This document shows, in pieces, positions 36,421-50,251 of a stretch of DNA of 64,000 nucleotides (the first letter of the stretch is position 1; the number at the start of each line of letters is the position of its first letter). Made by a program: the position numbers and the translations under genes. The DNA comes from the human T2T-CHM13v2.0 reference genome, Homo sapiens: the NCBI GenBank assembly GCA_009914755.4, contig CP068257.2, forward strand, positions 30,688,001 to 30,752,000, written 5' to 3'. The notes beneath the pieces are model-generated. The model searched no databases. It saw nothing but the letters and a program-made list of their open reading frames with translations, and was not told the origin of the DNA.

Positions 36421-36690
36421 GTTGCTTATGAGATTTACATGAGTTAGAACTTAAAAAGAGCTTAAAACCCTACCTGGCACCCAGTAAATACTATGCAAAT
36501 AAAACAACAAGTGTTTCCCATTACATGAACACATAAGGAGATTATTTCCAGAACAGGCTGGTCTTTGCTGCAAAGGGACTGTGTGCACTTGGCCTAGGGC
36601 ATTAGTGCAGTTCTTGTTCTCAATCTCTTAACACGTCACTGTGGCTTGGTCTTCAGACCTCTGAGCAGCGCAGAACAGAATGGAACATAC

Positions 36691-36829
36691 CGTCAATGTG
36701 GGAGATGGGAATGCTCATGTCATCGGCTTCTTGCTTCGTCATAGTGGCCTGCAGCATGCTTGCTTCTTGGACAAAGTCAGATGCTTTGTCTGTGTATGAA
36801 TAGGGATTCGCCACCAATGTCAATAAAAT
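36691..36829 (-). CDS. Coding exon: ILLTLVANPYSYTDKASDFVQEASMLQATMTKQEADDMSIPISHID
   Basis: Acceptor ctttaatgcccag|ATTTTA (AG 36830-36831) and donor TGACG|gtatgttcc (GT 36689-36690). 139 nt, single open frame, phase 0 start and phase 1 end. Confidence 0.75.
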
Positions 36830-37280
36830 CTGGGCATTAAAGAGCCAAATAGAAAGCATTCAGATGGTCACAGGTGAAATGAAGAAGCCAAAAAATGTCA
36901 CTGGTCAAAATCAAGGCAAGTGATAATATGTTCAATCCTTAATTAGAATAGTTTTACTATGAAATTGGGCCTAAACTTTTTATTGTGGAGTTAAAAAAAA
37001 ATCTCCTTTTACTATAGCACTGCTTTTAATACCACTTTTGGTTTACCTATTCCCCTATGCAAAAACAAATTCCCAAAAGGAAATGAAACAGCATGCTGTA
37101 ATATATACGTATTTTACAGATTCTAAAACTATGTAGATTCTGAAGTCTCAGCAAGAATTAGGAAGTAAGCCAGGACGAGAAGCCTTTTGGTGCTGGTGCA
37201 TCAAAAATGCCTCGATGACGCTAAGAAGTTAATATAATTATCTCTGAGCATGTTCCTTTATGTGGGAAATATGTGCTTAC

Positions 37281-37851
<571 letters not shown>

Positions 37852-37930
37852 TAGTCTTTCAACATAACATCCCCAATTGTTGAGGGAAACAAGCAAATCA
37901 TTCTATGCTCTCTCAAAGACAATATAATCT

Positions 37931-38238
37931 GGCCAGGCATAGGGGCTCATGCCTGTAATCTCAGCACTTCAGGAGACTGAGGTGTGAGAATTGCTTGAGC
38001 TCAGGAGCTTGAGATCAGCGGAGGCAACATAGTTGAGACTCTGCCTCTACAGCAAATAGTAATTAAAAAAGTAGCCGGGTTAGTGGTGGTGCGCACACAT
38101 GTGGCCCTAGATACTCAGGAGGCTTAGTTGGGAGGATCACTTGAGCCCAGAAGGTCAAGATGGCAGTGAACCGTGATTGTAGCAGTGCACAGCAGCGTGG
38201 ATGACAGAGCGAGAGCCTGTCTCAAACAAACAAAAAAG
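37931..38238 (+). mobile_element. Alu SINE
   Basis: ggccaggcataggggctcatgcctgtaatctcagcacttcaggagactgaggtg ... A-rich tail. Confidence 0.9.
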
Positions 38239-39575
38239 ACAATATGATCCCTTCTCTCAAGGCTACTTATCGTTTATCCTCATTTCCTAAATAAAAAGAA
38301 GGGAAAAAATTTGGCTGCTACTTAGGAGCCAAAGACCTCTGGATTTTCACAAAGACCCAGGTAAATGTGTAAAACTTGACCCCTCACAGCTACTCAACCC
38401 TTAGCCTGTATGAAATTCTCCAAGGTCACGAGCCAGTCACATCATATCACTTCAAATGCAGACCTCAAGACTCACTATTCCAACAGAAGAGAAACTGGTA
38501 TGAGGCAGGACTTGAATGTGCAGAAGTGACGAAATGATTTCCCTAAATGGTCTGAAAGCAGAAACTCAGAGTCTAAGAGGCCTCACGGCACAGAGCCCTG
38601 CAACAGCATGCACCAAAGGAAAGCCTGACTGTGCCAATTTCACCTATTTGCAGTCAGTGATCACGAAATCTGGCTGGGGTCAGGTTCACAACTGCACTAC
38701 CTGGAAGGAAATGGCAACCTATGGAGGTCAAGACTTAGACTGCCACATTCTTTAAGCAGCTCAAGAGAGAAGGCTGTAAGTGTAGCAAGGTTATCAGCAT
38801 TTCAAATAAAAGTGAAAGGTCAAACCTCTGTACCCTAAACATAGTGCATCCCCCAAGCTGTTTGTTGCAGAGCAGAAATGAGGACTAGATGTCCTACTGC
38901 TATCATAAGACCTGACATAGCTCTGGAAACATGAGTATCAAGGACAAAACAAGATAAGGAAATAAATTCCTATTCTCTTCCACTGGCTTTGATGACCCAT
39001 GTGCTGTGGGTGATGGATTCTGGCAAAAAGGCTGAAAGCCCTGGATAACGCCGGAGCCTGAGAAGGAGGAAAGAGGCACTGCCTAATAAACACCAAGAAG
39101 CCAAAATTTAGTATTGAGCCTACAACAAGCTAGAAATGACCTACCTAAAAAAAAAAAAAAAAACATTTTTCCAATGCACCAGGCTGCCTCCCAGGAATGT
39201 AGCTAAGTGTAAGACACAATAAATTAAACTGCCATAAAACCTTCTATTTTAAAACTAAAAACAATTCCAATACCTCCTGAATTCAATAACTGTTAACTAA
39301 ACACTTACCATAAGGAAGATCTATACAAAATGCTTTTCAGAGTTAGAAACTGGTAGAAAATGCTCACCTTCATGATCAGAAGTTTGGTCAATGACTTCAG
39401 TTGTAAATGGCTACTGGTCACAAACATTTTCATTAGTAAGTAAAATACTGATCGTTCACCTCCAATAATTTCTGCATCTGGGCCTTCCTAGAGTTTAAAC
39501 AATATTACGTATTTTTAGTATATATAATTACATATATAATTTTAATATATAGTTATATATTAGAAACATACCATG

Positions 39576-39877
<302 letters not shown>

Positions 39878-40593
39878 CATAACGTAGCAGGAGCCATCAC
39901 TTGCTGAACACACAGTATGCTGCCAGGTCCTTACCTCATCTCATTTTAACCACAATTTGGCAGGAAGAGTAGCAAGAGTAAGCACAGGTAGCCCTGTTCC
40001 TGTGCTGGAGCCGTCCCAGGGGCCCAGCTTACACTGACTCACTGAATCCTCCCAACACCCCTGTGAGGTGGGTACAGCTGCTACCCTATTTTACATATAT
40101 GGAAACTGAGGCACTGGGAAGGCACCTGGCTGTTTACTGGGAACCAAGGCAGATGCTGTGCTGTCTGGTGGATGGTGAGCAGGAGGGACCCCAGGCTGTC
40201 TGAGTCCATCAAATGATGTCCTTGTTACTTTCATCACGATGCCAGTGCTGATAGAACGGATTGCTTATGCATAATTTATCCTCCTCAAAAGGCTTTTGGG
40301 CTTTGAACAAGTCTTCAACAAGTACATGGAGCTCCAGATCCCCAATTCAAACTCTACTGAGCCTGTGTGTCTCACTACAGCCCTTGGCAATGAGGACAAC
40401 CCTGAAAATGGTGAGGTGCTGGTTAGCTTAGGCAGAGCCAGCAGATATAAGCATAAGGTGGGGCGCAGGATATAAATTCACACCAGCTCTTTCAAATTAT
40501 GAGGCCTCTGTTCACTTTCCAACTAAATTATCAAGATCCCATGAGCCTAGTTGAGCTGGAGTGAAAACCAATCAGCAATGCCCGAGCCTGTCA

Positions 40594-40743
40594 CCTCCCC
40601 AGGACTGGTGGCAATGAACTCACATCTCAGTGGAATGGTGGCAAGCAGAGCTCTAGGCAGCACCGCCTGGGTCCCATCCTGGACCCACCACTCATGGACA
40701 GGACCCTGCAGAAGGTTCTGACACACTGTGCCCAGCTGCCTTG
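40594..40743 (-). CDS. Coding exon: TRQLGTVCQNLLQGPVHEWWVQDGTQAVLPRALLATIPLRCEFIATSPGE
   Basis: Acceptor tcgtttcacgttacttaaag|ACAAGG (AG 40744-40745) and donor GGGGAG|gtgacagg (GT 40592-40593). 150 nt, phase 0 to phase 0, linking exon 41627-41739 to exon 37281-37397. There is an internal perfect gtgagt at 40625-40630, which could be a cryptic donor. Confidence 0.7.
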
Positions 40744-41626
40744 TCTTTAAGTAACGTGAAACGAGCAGCCACATGAAGCACCCGTAACCTGCCCAGCATG
40801 CGAGTAAGTTCTCAGTAAGAATGATCCTCAGCTACGATGCAGGGAAGCCTCAGAACGGGGACTCGAGGGAGAGACACATAGTCCCAGAGGCACAGCATTC
40901 TTAAGTCTTCCTGGAAATGTCGCGTGTAGAAATGCCAACATACATTTCCATACTACTGGTTCCATATAAGATCTAAGTCATTAAAAAGTACATCAGCTCA
41001 GATTATAAGAAACACTTGGACAATGATTAATTTTGCTTGATAATGTTCCCTCCTCCTCTTTGCATAGAAATGATGCAGCATCCTGGGCTTAAGCCCAGCA
41101 TAAATATACGTGGCATCCTGAGCTTCCCTTTATGATTTAACATTATGTTCTCCAAAAAGTTCTGGTAGATATTTTATTAAAGACCTAGAAAAAAATGCTG
41201 GCAATGTCTACTGATTCTTCCACCAGCCTCAACCCTCTCCTGACTTGGTTATCTATTCTCATCTCGTCTTTAATTCTTCCAGGATGAGGACAAAAGAAAA
41301 GGAATGTATTTTATTTTGTTTATTATTTAAAAATGAGAAAAATGTAAAATGTAAAACAGTTGAGATAAACAAGAAACTCCCTGGACCCAGCAATGTATCT
41401 GCAGCAAGGACATGTTAAGCACCATATTTTACAAAAGCAAGCAGGTTCCCAGGCCTCCTGGTTCATGAATCAGGACCTCTGCTGTGGGTCTCTCTAAAAT
41501 GAGAACTGTTAACCTCTTCCGTCTTGCCCCGTCAGGTTCTGAGCCAATTAGCAATTCATCAGGCCAAGAAGCCACCCGGCCCAGCAGGTAAGCTTAGGGC
41601 AGAAGACTGGGAGTTCTGCTTCCTAC

Positions 41627-41739
41627 CTGTGCCTTTAACCACAGAAACTTGCTGGCCGGCAGCTCCAGGGCCACCTTCAGCATGTGGTGCTGCAGAATGG
41701 GAGGCACCTCCTCTCGAAGGCCCTGCTCAGAGATGACAC
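41627..41739 (-). CDS. Coding exon: (G)VISEQGLREEVPPILQHHMLKVALELPASKFLWLKAQ
   Basis: Acceptor gcctctttttcacccatag|GT (AG 41740-41741) and donor GCACAG|gtaggaagc (GT 41625-41626). 113 nt, at the end of minus ORF 41594-42142. Confidence 0.85.
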
Positions 41740-42837
41740 CTATGGGTGAAAAAGAGGCAGGCTGAAAAAAGTCACATGGACGTGGGTGCCCAACAATTGC
41801 TGCCCTGGCCAGAAGGACAAGGAACTCACCATGGAGAAAGAAAAAGGGTGGATGCAGGGTTCTGTTTCTCTGTCCTGTGCTCACCCTCACATGGCACATC
41901 TCGCCTGATGTACCCCCACGCCCTGGTCTGTCCAAATCTTCCAACAAAAAGCCCAAATCCCACTTGCCTGAAGAAGCCCTCCCATGCCACACAGCCCACA
42001 CTGACCCCAAACAGCTGGAATCAGGCACCCACCAAGTGCCCTCCAGGGGTAGGCTCTCGCTAACATTCTCCCTGACTCCCCAGACAGCAAGCATTTTGTG
42101 GACAGAGACTGCAGCCACCTGCACCTGAGATTGGGTTCTCATCCTCTAGCCGGCTCTCTGGGCTTCTCCTTTGCTACCAAATACTAAATGGCCACATTCT
42201 AGTAAATTTCATATTTCCACAGCAAAGAGAACTTTTCACCTTCAAATGATTAAAAAGTGAATTGCAGCTTTTGAAAAGGAGTATTTCAATAGCTCATATA
42301 AATTCCAAGAATGATATTTTTGCAAGTCTTCTCCCATAGGCCCAATTATAAAGTGGATCAGACAAACTTTACCATCCAGGAAACATGACCAGACAAGCAT
42401 TGTTACTTTTACAAGTTTGAACCTGACTCAGTGGGGTAAAAGATGAAGTAACTATGTCAAAAGTGTCTCTGCATAAACAGGATGTCCCTTCTGCAGGCCC
42501 CTCATTTCTGCTACACCCTCTGCAACCCTGCTCCCTTGAAAAGTGACTTTAGAGTTAACGTCACATGATCGGATTTGTGGGCCATTCATGTAGGTTGCTC
42601 AGCACTCAGAAGCTGGCTGGCTTCTTCCATTGTTCTCACTGCTACCAGGTGTTCATCTGATATTTACTTAAGGAAGACCAGCTATTTAAAAAATACTGAT
42701 GCAAGTACAATTTCTCAGGCTGACGGATGAGCACGCAGCCAACCGTCCACCAGCCTTCCTGATTCTTGGCTGCAGGGCTCTGCTCTGGTTTATTGGCAGC
42801 AACAGTGGCGGCTTGTCTGCAAGACCTTGAAACCCAC

Positions 42838-42954
42838 CTTTCAGGAGCTTGCTGAAGTCAAAGTTGTACTGCATGACCACGTGGGGGACCACCTTCTGGT
42901 AGAGGCATATGACCTGGAGCAAAACAGCTTTCAAAAGAATGGTTTCTGCATCAT
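42838..42954 (-). CDS. Coding exon: (D)DAETILLKAVLLQVICLYQKVVPHVVMQYNFDFSKLLK
   Basis: The acceptor ...tttctttcttttttttgtgcag|AT (AG 42955-42956) is directly preceded by the (GAAA)n microsatellite, which serves as the polypyrimidine tract on the transcribed strand. Donor CTGAAAG|gtgggt (GT 42836-42837). 117 nt. Confidence 0.85.
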
Positions 42955-42960
42955 CTGCAC

Positions 42961-42991
42961 AAAAAAAAGAAAAAGAAAGAAAAAGAGAAAA

Positions 42992-43059
<68 letters not shown>

Positions 43060-43063
43060 AAAT
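42961..43063. repeat. (GAAA)n / (AAAG)n microsatellite of about 100 bp. On the transcribed (minus) strand it is a (TTTC)n tract immediately upstream of the exon 42838-42954 acceptor.
   Basis: aaaaaaaagaaaaagaaagaaaaagagaaaaaagaaagaaagaaagaaag... Direct read. It also produces the artefactual lysine/arginine-rich plus ORF 42827-43075. Confidence 0.95.
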
Positions 43064-43747
43064 AGCTTGAATTAGAAAACATACTGGTTCTTTGTCCTTG
43101 AGCAGCTGAACCAAGTGTGGCACCACACTGCAGCCAACTGCATGCTGTACACCGAGGCTGCAGACAGACTGCTCAGTACCTAGATCTAATGAGTCAATGT
43201 GGTAAAAACGTTAAAACTGTTCAGGGGGTCTGGGTTAAAACCTCATTTCACTGCTGTGACCTTAGACAGGTTCTGGTCACTCTGTCTCCCTGTGCTTTCG
43301 TGTCTTCATCTGAGCAACAGGGACATACAGCAGGGCCTACCCTTGCAGGGCTGCCGAAAGGATGAAATACGATACAGACATAAGACACAAACCTCAATGC
43401 CTGACCAACAACAAGGCTCTGAGCTCTATCTGCAAACCAAGAGACAGCACCCCCATACTGTCATCCCTGGAAAGGCCAGAGCACATGGCACCCAACACTC
43501 AAGTCTTCAGAGAGACACAGTGCTCGCATAAAGATGGGCACGTTTCTAACAGATACTAAAATTCAATCTATGATTCCTTTCCAATTCTTCTCCCTAAGCA
43601 AAAAAGGATATAGACACATTCACAGCCAGAGGTGCCTTGAAACAAAAACTGCTCCAGGACTCTCTGGATAGGAGCTATCCTAGGCTGCCAGTGTCAGCTC
43701 TGTCCCATGCAAAAGGCAGAGGGTCCCCCTCACCCCTGAGACCTTAC

Positions 43748-43877
43748 CGCACTGGTGAGCATCGCAGGCAGCCGGGGGCCCATCGCTCCTTTTCTGCCCT
43801 TTCTTGTCATCCTGTTTGGTCTCTTGCTTTTTAAGTGACTGCCAGACCCACACGACAGTGTTCAGGTCTGGCAAAAT
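43748..43877 (-). CDS. Coding exon: ILPDLNTVVWVWQSLKKQETKQDDKKGQKRSDGPPAACDAHQC. The lysine-rich patch could be a nuclear or nucleolar localisation motif.
   Basis: Acceptor tgcttctttttcccatttag|ATTTTG (AG 43878-43879) and donor GTGCG|gtaaggtc (GT 43746-43747). 130 nt (minus ORF 43680-43874). Confidence 0.85.
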
Positions 43878-44066
43878 CTAAATGGGAAAAAGAAGCAGAA
43901 CATTAGTTGTAGTCAACCACAAAGGGAGACAAATGAACTGAACACATTAACAAGATACAAAAAACAGGGAGGGGGGTGCGAGTCTAGAGGAGTGCGTGTA
44001 AGAAGGAGAGGGAAGAGTGGTGAGAAAACAGGCCCAAATCCACATAAGCTCTGCTCTGCAGTATAA

Positions 44067-44363
44067 TTTTTTTTTTTTTGAGATGGAGTCTCACTCTGTC
44101 GCCCAGGCTGGAGTGCAGTGGGGTGACCTCAGCTCACTGCAACCTCCGCCTCCCAGGTTCAAGTGATTCTCGTGCGTCAGCCACCTGAGTAGCTGGAACT
44201 ACAGGCACCCACCATCACATCCAGCTAATTTTTTGTATTTTTAGTAGAAGCAGGGTTTCACCATGTTGGCCAGGCTGGTCCTTGAACTCCTGACCTCAGG
44301 TGATCCACCCATCTCAGCCTCCCAAAGTGCTGGGATTACAGGTGTGAGCCACCGCGCCCAACC
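44067..44363 (-). mobile_element. Alu SINE with a target-site duplication
   Basis: Poly-T ... gagatggagtctcactctgtcgcccaggctggagtgcagtgg ... ggtgtgagccaccgcgcccaacc. Target-site duplication ctgcagtataattt on both sides. Confidence 0.9.
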
Positions 44364-45011
44364 ATGTTCTGCAGTATAATTTCTAGAACTATACACAGTA
44401 AGGATTTGGTGAACAGGCAAGTGCTGATCATTAAAACGAACCCCTTAAACCTCATTCACCTAAGCAAAAGACACAGGGAACAAAGAAAGACTTTCTCAGG
44501 AGCAGCTCAGGGAAAGCTGCCCTGTGTAACTGGGGCTCTCAGAGCAGCCGGTCAGTTTACAGAAGCCTGGTCTTCAGCCATAGGAAGCAAGAGGGGCTTC
44601 CTGAGCCACTGCATCCCTTCTCACTGGGCCACAGTGTGGTCTATGTGTGTGCCTGCAGCCATGGGTGAGGGGTAAGGACACAATCTACCCCTCGACAACA
44701 TCACCACGGCTCCTGATTGAACATGAGGTCCCCACCAGAGACAGAACCCCTGTGAGAGAACACATGTATCGTCTAAATTCTTACTCTGCACAAGGACTTT
44801 GGGATCATGCTCTGTGACATCACTGCCTACAATCACAAGTGGCAGGTCTTCTCAGCTGACCCTCAGCACCCACGCTACCACACTGCCCACCGGCCTGTCC
44901 AACCCTGCGGCTCCAAGGACACATCACTTGGCTTCCACCCTAGGGCTGCAGAATGGCCTTTTCCACCTGGTGAGGTCTGGAAGGAAAGCCCAAACCCAGA
45001 TCAGAGCCTAC

Positions 45012-45185
45012 CTTGCTCAGGGCTTCTCTGAAGAGCTGCACGAATTCTTCCATCATCACAGCTGTGTACACGCCTGATTCCTGCCACACCTCTTTATTCA
45101 GGCAGTGGTCAACAGTTTTTAATGCCCTCTTCAAAATGACAGAAATAAGGGATAAGGCTGTGTGCCTCACTGAGGTGCTGTCCAA
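45012..45185 (-). CDS. Coding exon: LDSTSVRHTALSLISVILKRALKTVDHCLNKEVWQESGVYTAVMMEEFVQLFREALSK
   Basis: Acceptor ctctttttcttcccag|TTGGAC (AG 45186-45187) and donor GAGCAAG|gtaggctc (GT 45010-45011). 174 nt, phase 0 to phase 0 (minus ORF 44940-45230). Confidence 0.85.
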
Positions 45186-45523
45186 CTGGGAAGAAAAAGA
45201 GTTAAATGCACACATGTCTCTAGGATACACAGATTTGCTAAGCTATGGGCTTGGCTGGCATTTGCCCCTCCTCAGGTCACTCACAGGGAAAGCTGCATGA
45301 AACTGCTGGTCTCTACGCTCTGAGAAGAGGCGACCTGGGTACCTCGCCCTCCTGACATCCTCTGGGTCTGACTTCAGCAATTGCCAGGAAATGACCACTA
45401 ATGGTGGCATCCAGCAGTAGTTTCATTTTTATCATCTGCTCTTTGGTAAGCCTTGAGACAACCACTCAGCTACCATGAAAGTTCTCCATTAACAACAGAT
45501 CTCACCAGAACCCACTCTGCCAC

Positions 45524-45870
45524 TATTTTTTTTTTGAGTCAGGGTCTCACTCTGTCGCCCAGGCTGGAGTGCAATGGTGCGATCATAGCTCACCGCAGCC
45601 TCAAGCTCCTGGGCTCAGGCAATCCTCCCGCCTCATCCTCCCAAGTAGCCAGGACTACAGGCACCTACTGCTTCTGGCTTTCTTTTTTTTTTTAAGAGAT
45701 GAGACTTAGTATGTTGCCCAGGCCGGCCTCAACCTTCTGGCCTCAAGCCAATCCTCCTGCCTCAGCCTCCCAAAGCACTGGGATTATGAGTGTGAACCAC
45801 TGTGCCTAGCCTTTTTTTTTTTCCTTTTGTAGAGGCAGGGTCTTGCTATGTTGCCCAGGATTCTACCACT
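45524..45870 (-). mobile_element. Cluster of three partial Alu copies (about 45524-45668, 45672-45811 and 45812-45870)
   Basis: Each starts with a poly-T run followed by gag(t/a)cagggtctcactctgtcgcccaggctggagtgcaatggtg... or gccaatcctcctgcctcagcctcccaaagcactgggattatgagtgtgaaccactgtgcctagcc. Confidence 0.8.
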
Positions 45871-46967
45871 ATTAAAAGCATTAGCATCAGGTGGAGGAAT
45901 GGCCAAAAAAAAATGCATCAGGTACTTTAGTATGAAAATCCACCTCCAAGCTCAGTGAGCAAGCAACCCACATCACAGGCCTGTGACATCCAGAGCTCTT
46001 GACTTCCAGTCAGAATGACACCTGGGAGAGTCACTCACTGCAGAGACTGAGTAGGGTTCAAGAACCTGTGCTACTACCAACAGTAGGAAAACAGTCCCTG
46101 CCCCTGCTAGTCACAGTGTGTTCTGGGGCCAGGAGGATCATATGATGGCATCTCCCGGAGCTCAGGAGAAATGTAGAAGCCCAGGCCCCGGCCCACACAA
46201 CTCAAGCAGAATCTGCATTTCACATAATCCCCAGGAGAGCCCTCCGACACTGAGATCTGAAAAGCCCTGGCTGGGACACTGCAGACTGACAGTGCGGTAG
46301 AAACAAAGAGCTTTTCTGGTTTACTTTCAGCTCAATAACCACGACACCCCAGAGCCCCAGCATTCCAGTCAGCTGCGGCTTCACTCTGTGTACACTGCAC
46401 ACTAAATCAGGACTACAGGAACTATCCTAAGCCAAGAATGGCCAGCCCCACAATCGCTTCAAAGGCAGGCCCCACACAAGCGTGCACACCACACCCAAGG
46501 GGCTGGGAGCACAAAGCTCAACCAACAGCCTGAGGCCCTGCTTCCAAACGCTTTCTTATTTCCTGTTTCTAAAATAGGCTAAAGCTTCTCCTCCTGACTC
46601 TAAAATGTATGCTTTAAAAGTTTTTTAGACAAAACCATAAGAAATAAAACAAAAAAAAACAAACATCATCCAACTCCAGTCCCTGGATGCACTCACATCA
46701 CTGGGTCTCACTTACATAAAAACACAGTCTTGGCTCTCGGAAAGGGCACCTGTGGAGGGAAGGCAAGGCTGGGCTCAGTGGCCCTGGCCCTGGCCCTGCA
46801 GGGCATGGCAATAGCCAACAGCGGGAGAGGAGGCTGTGTCCTCTGAGACTCCTTCCTTGGAGCCACTCCGTGCAGGAGCTAGTACACCCCTCTAGGGGCA
46901 CAACCCTTTGTCCTGAAACAACACTGTGAGAGGAGGAGGAGACAGGCTTTTCTCTCCCAGACTACTA

Positions 46968-47320
<353 letters not shown>

Positions 47321-48473
47321 AATTTTAATAAAAAATAAAAATAAATAAAAAATAAAGGAGGTTCATCAAACTAATCCTTTCAATCTGGTTTTCCTGCAAG
47401 CCCTCTGAGAAATGCAAATGTCTCCCACATTAATTAAAACAGCTGGGCAAGCTAGCTGGGTGCTAATTTTGCATACGATGATTTGACAAACACAACACAA
47501 AACCTTTCTGCCTACTCCCACACAGGCCTCCTCTCTACTCCTCACCCCATCATCACCCATGCTCAGCACAAACCCTGGAGGGGTATCAAAAAATGGTGAA
47601 TCTCACCATGTGGTCTCAGGAGTCCACCCCACTTTACAGTGACTGTGCGCATTACCACAGGGCCAACTGAGGCCTGTGCAACCCCTCACAGCCAACCTGT
47701 TCCTACTGAAGCCACACAACAACTCAGCCTGCCTGGAAGGACGAAGACACCCTTCTGAATACCTGTCCTCCCCCAGGTACCTCAGGCAACTTGGGGTTAG
47801 GAGGCACTGGCAGGGCCCAGGACCCACGTGTGCCAACAACCCACAGCCATTCACCTAGGCCCATGATGCTGCGGTGAAAGACATGTGAACCCCCCAGAAT
47901 GTGGCTTCTGATGGGACATGGGGACCTTTATGATAAATAATGATGTAAAATTTAAGTATCAATTTCTTCCATGAACATGTCCTCCAAAAATGCCTGAAAA
48001 CAGCTGGCCTTCAAAGTATATGTTTGCCAGGCATCTTAACACCATTCATCTAAACCATAAAAGAAAGAATTTGCTAGGCAAATTTCAGTCCTACCATGTC
48101 TGGAAATTCTAAACTAATGAGATTTTAATGATAAACTTTCTTTCTTCTGATTTAGACATTCTTTCATCCTCAGGCAGGACTAGAAAGGCTTGGAGGGATG
48201 CAGGGGTCCCTGCTGTGTGATGGAGCAGGGCCAAGGACATGAAGTCCGTTGTCCCTATAAGCAAAGTCTCTTTGCTCCAAGGTCCTTACCCAGGTGCGTG
48301 GACCTGTCACTTATGGGCTATTTCAAACTACAGCCTCTGTCCTGGAAGCCTCCGAGGCCCCCTGACAAAACACAATCAAACACATCCAGGCCAGTTCTCA
48401 GAATAATTACATCATGTAGCCAGCGAGTTTAGCTGGAGGCAGTTCCAGAAGTGGGGCAACCACATGCCCTTAC

Positions 48474-48611
48474 GTTTAATGCTTGGGTGAACATGCTCTT
48501 ATTGCACACCAGGGGCACGGTGGTCACCATCACCATTGCCAGGAGCCGAGGCAAGGGTATAAACTCTCTGGTCTGAAATGCCCGGGAAATCTCCGGCTGA
48601 GCCTCATAGAT
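48474..48611 (-). CDS. Coding exon: IYEAQPEISRAFQTREFIPLPRLLAMVMVTTVPLVCNKSMFTQALN
   Basis: Not in the ORF track. Found by scanning: acceptor ctcttttttgcttttcctag|ATCTAT (AG 48612-48613) and donor TTAAAC|gtaagggc (GT 48472-48473). 138 nt, unique open frame, phase 0 to phase 0, fitting both neighbours. Confidence 0.75.
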
Positions 48612-49049
48612 CTAGGAAAAGCAAAAAAGAGATTTAGGTGGTGCTAGAAGTAAGTTTCAAACCTGAGACTAGCTGTAGGCACCCAAAGGTGAAGCCATTC
48701 AATCAAATAATTATAGCGGTAAAGGTCCGAGACTCCCCACAAGGCAGAGTGGAAGATTAACCCTCAAATCTACTTGTCAAAGACAAATCAGGTCAGGAGA
48801 CTGGCTGTTAACAGAGAAAGGACCTTCAGAGCAGAACTTGACCTGTGGTCTGCAGAGTCTCTTAAAACCTCTGATGGCAAATAAATCACTGCCAGAACTA
48901 CGAATGGTACTACTTACCAGTTCCTGCTGCACTTGACAGGCACCTGACAAATGATGTCAGGAAGGGATGTCAAGAAGCCATCTTCTCAAAGCTTCCTCAC
49001 AACGCTTTGGGATAGGCACACTTTACATTAAAACAAAAATATATTCACA

Positions 49050-49150
49050 GATGACAAAATTGGACCTCAGTGAGGTTAGGTAATTTCCTTAAGGCCACAT
49101 AGCTAGTAAGCAGCCAAGTAAGGACTCAACACTGGGCCTGCAAAAACCAC
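49050..49150 (-). mobile_element. MIR SINE fragment
   Basis: gacctcagtgaggttaggtaatttccttaaggccacatagctagtaagcagccaagtaaggactcaacactgggcctg is the reverse complement of the MIR core. Confidence 0.6.
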
Positions 49151-49904
49151 ACACTCACCCCTCCCCTATCCTACAAATCAGATGTTTCATCAGATGCAGC
49201 TCCTAGTAGGGGTGCTGGCCCCAGGACTGTCTGTACCAAAACAAGGGGTGGAGTACATCCTCCTCATCCCAAGGGTAAATGTGGAGACTGTGCGCATAGG
49301 CACTCAAGCAGAATAAAAGCTGGTTTTATAGATAATGCCAGGCCCAGGTAGAGGCACAAGAAACAATCCCAGGTATTTTACCACTAGGCAAACCATGAAT
49401 CAGTGACAGAGAGTTCAAACAAGTCAGGCATTACTGCCAAAGAACTAACAGTAGGTACCTCTACTTGTAAAATGGGCAGATGCTGACACTATGATCAAAA
49501 GGAAGGTAACGCACATCCACTTAAACCAGCAGACCAACGTTCCACAGCTTATTTCAAGTTGTTCTAATTGAAGCAGCAACCTTTAAAAACTATCCTACAA
49601 GTCAGACATTTCATTTTATTTTACTTTTTATGAGCCCAGATGGAGAAGAGATAATCGGGCAACTCATCAATCCCAGTCTAACTGTGCTGAGACTCAACAA
49701 GATTTCACTCTAAGCAAAATCTTGATGAACAGGATAAATTGGCTCAAAAGATTCTAAATAAACCTCAAATTCAGCTCAGTGAAAGGCAAAATGCTATAGA
49801 AGATAAGGACACCAAATTTACATGGTCTAAAATATCCCTTTTTATCCCTGAAAGGTCTTCATATTGTATAGTTTACCAGATGAGAATGTCTGCCTGTCCC
49901 CTAA

Positions 49905-50217
<313 letters not shown>

Positions 50218-50251
50218 TAGCTAACAGACTTTTAAATATCATGTTTTTTAC

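Noticed and set aside
42827-43075. Lys/Arg-rich ORF ([19 protein letters not shown]...)
   Set aside because: It is a translation of the (GAAA)n microsatellite.
45330-45405. Possible small exon (acceptor ccaccattag|TGG at 45403-45405, donor GGCGAG|gtaccc at 45347-45349)
   Set aside because: Weak polypyrimidine tract, two frames open, and not needed for phase continuity.
46698-46760. Strong acceptor (gccttgccttccctccacag|G) followed 34 nt later by a gtaagt donor
   Set aside because: The candidate exon is only 34 nt and open in all three frames, so nothing discriminates it. Exons 48474-48611 and 45012-45185 already connect in phase. Probably a pseudo-exon.
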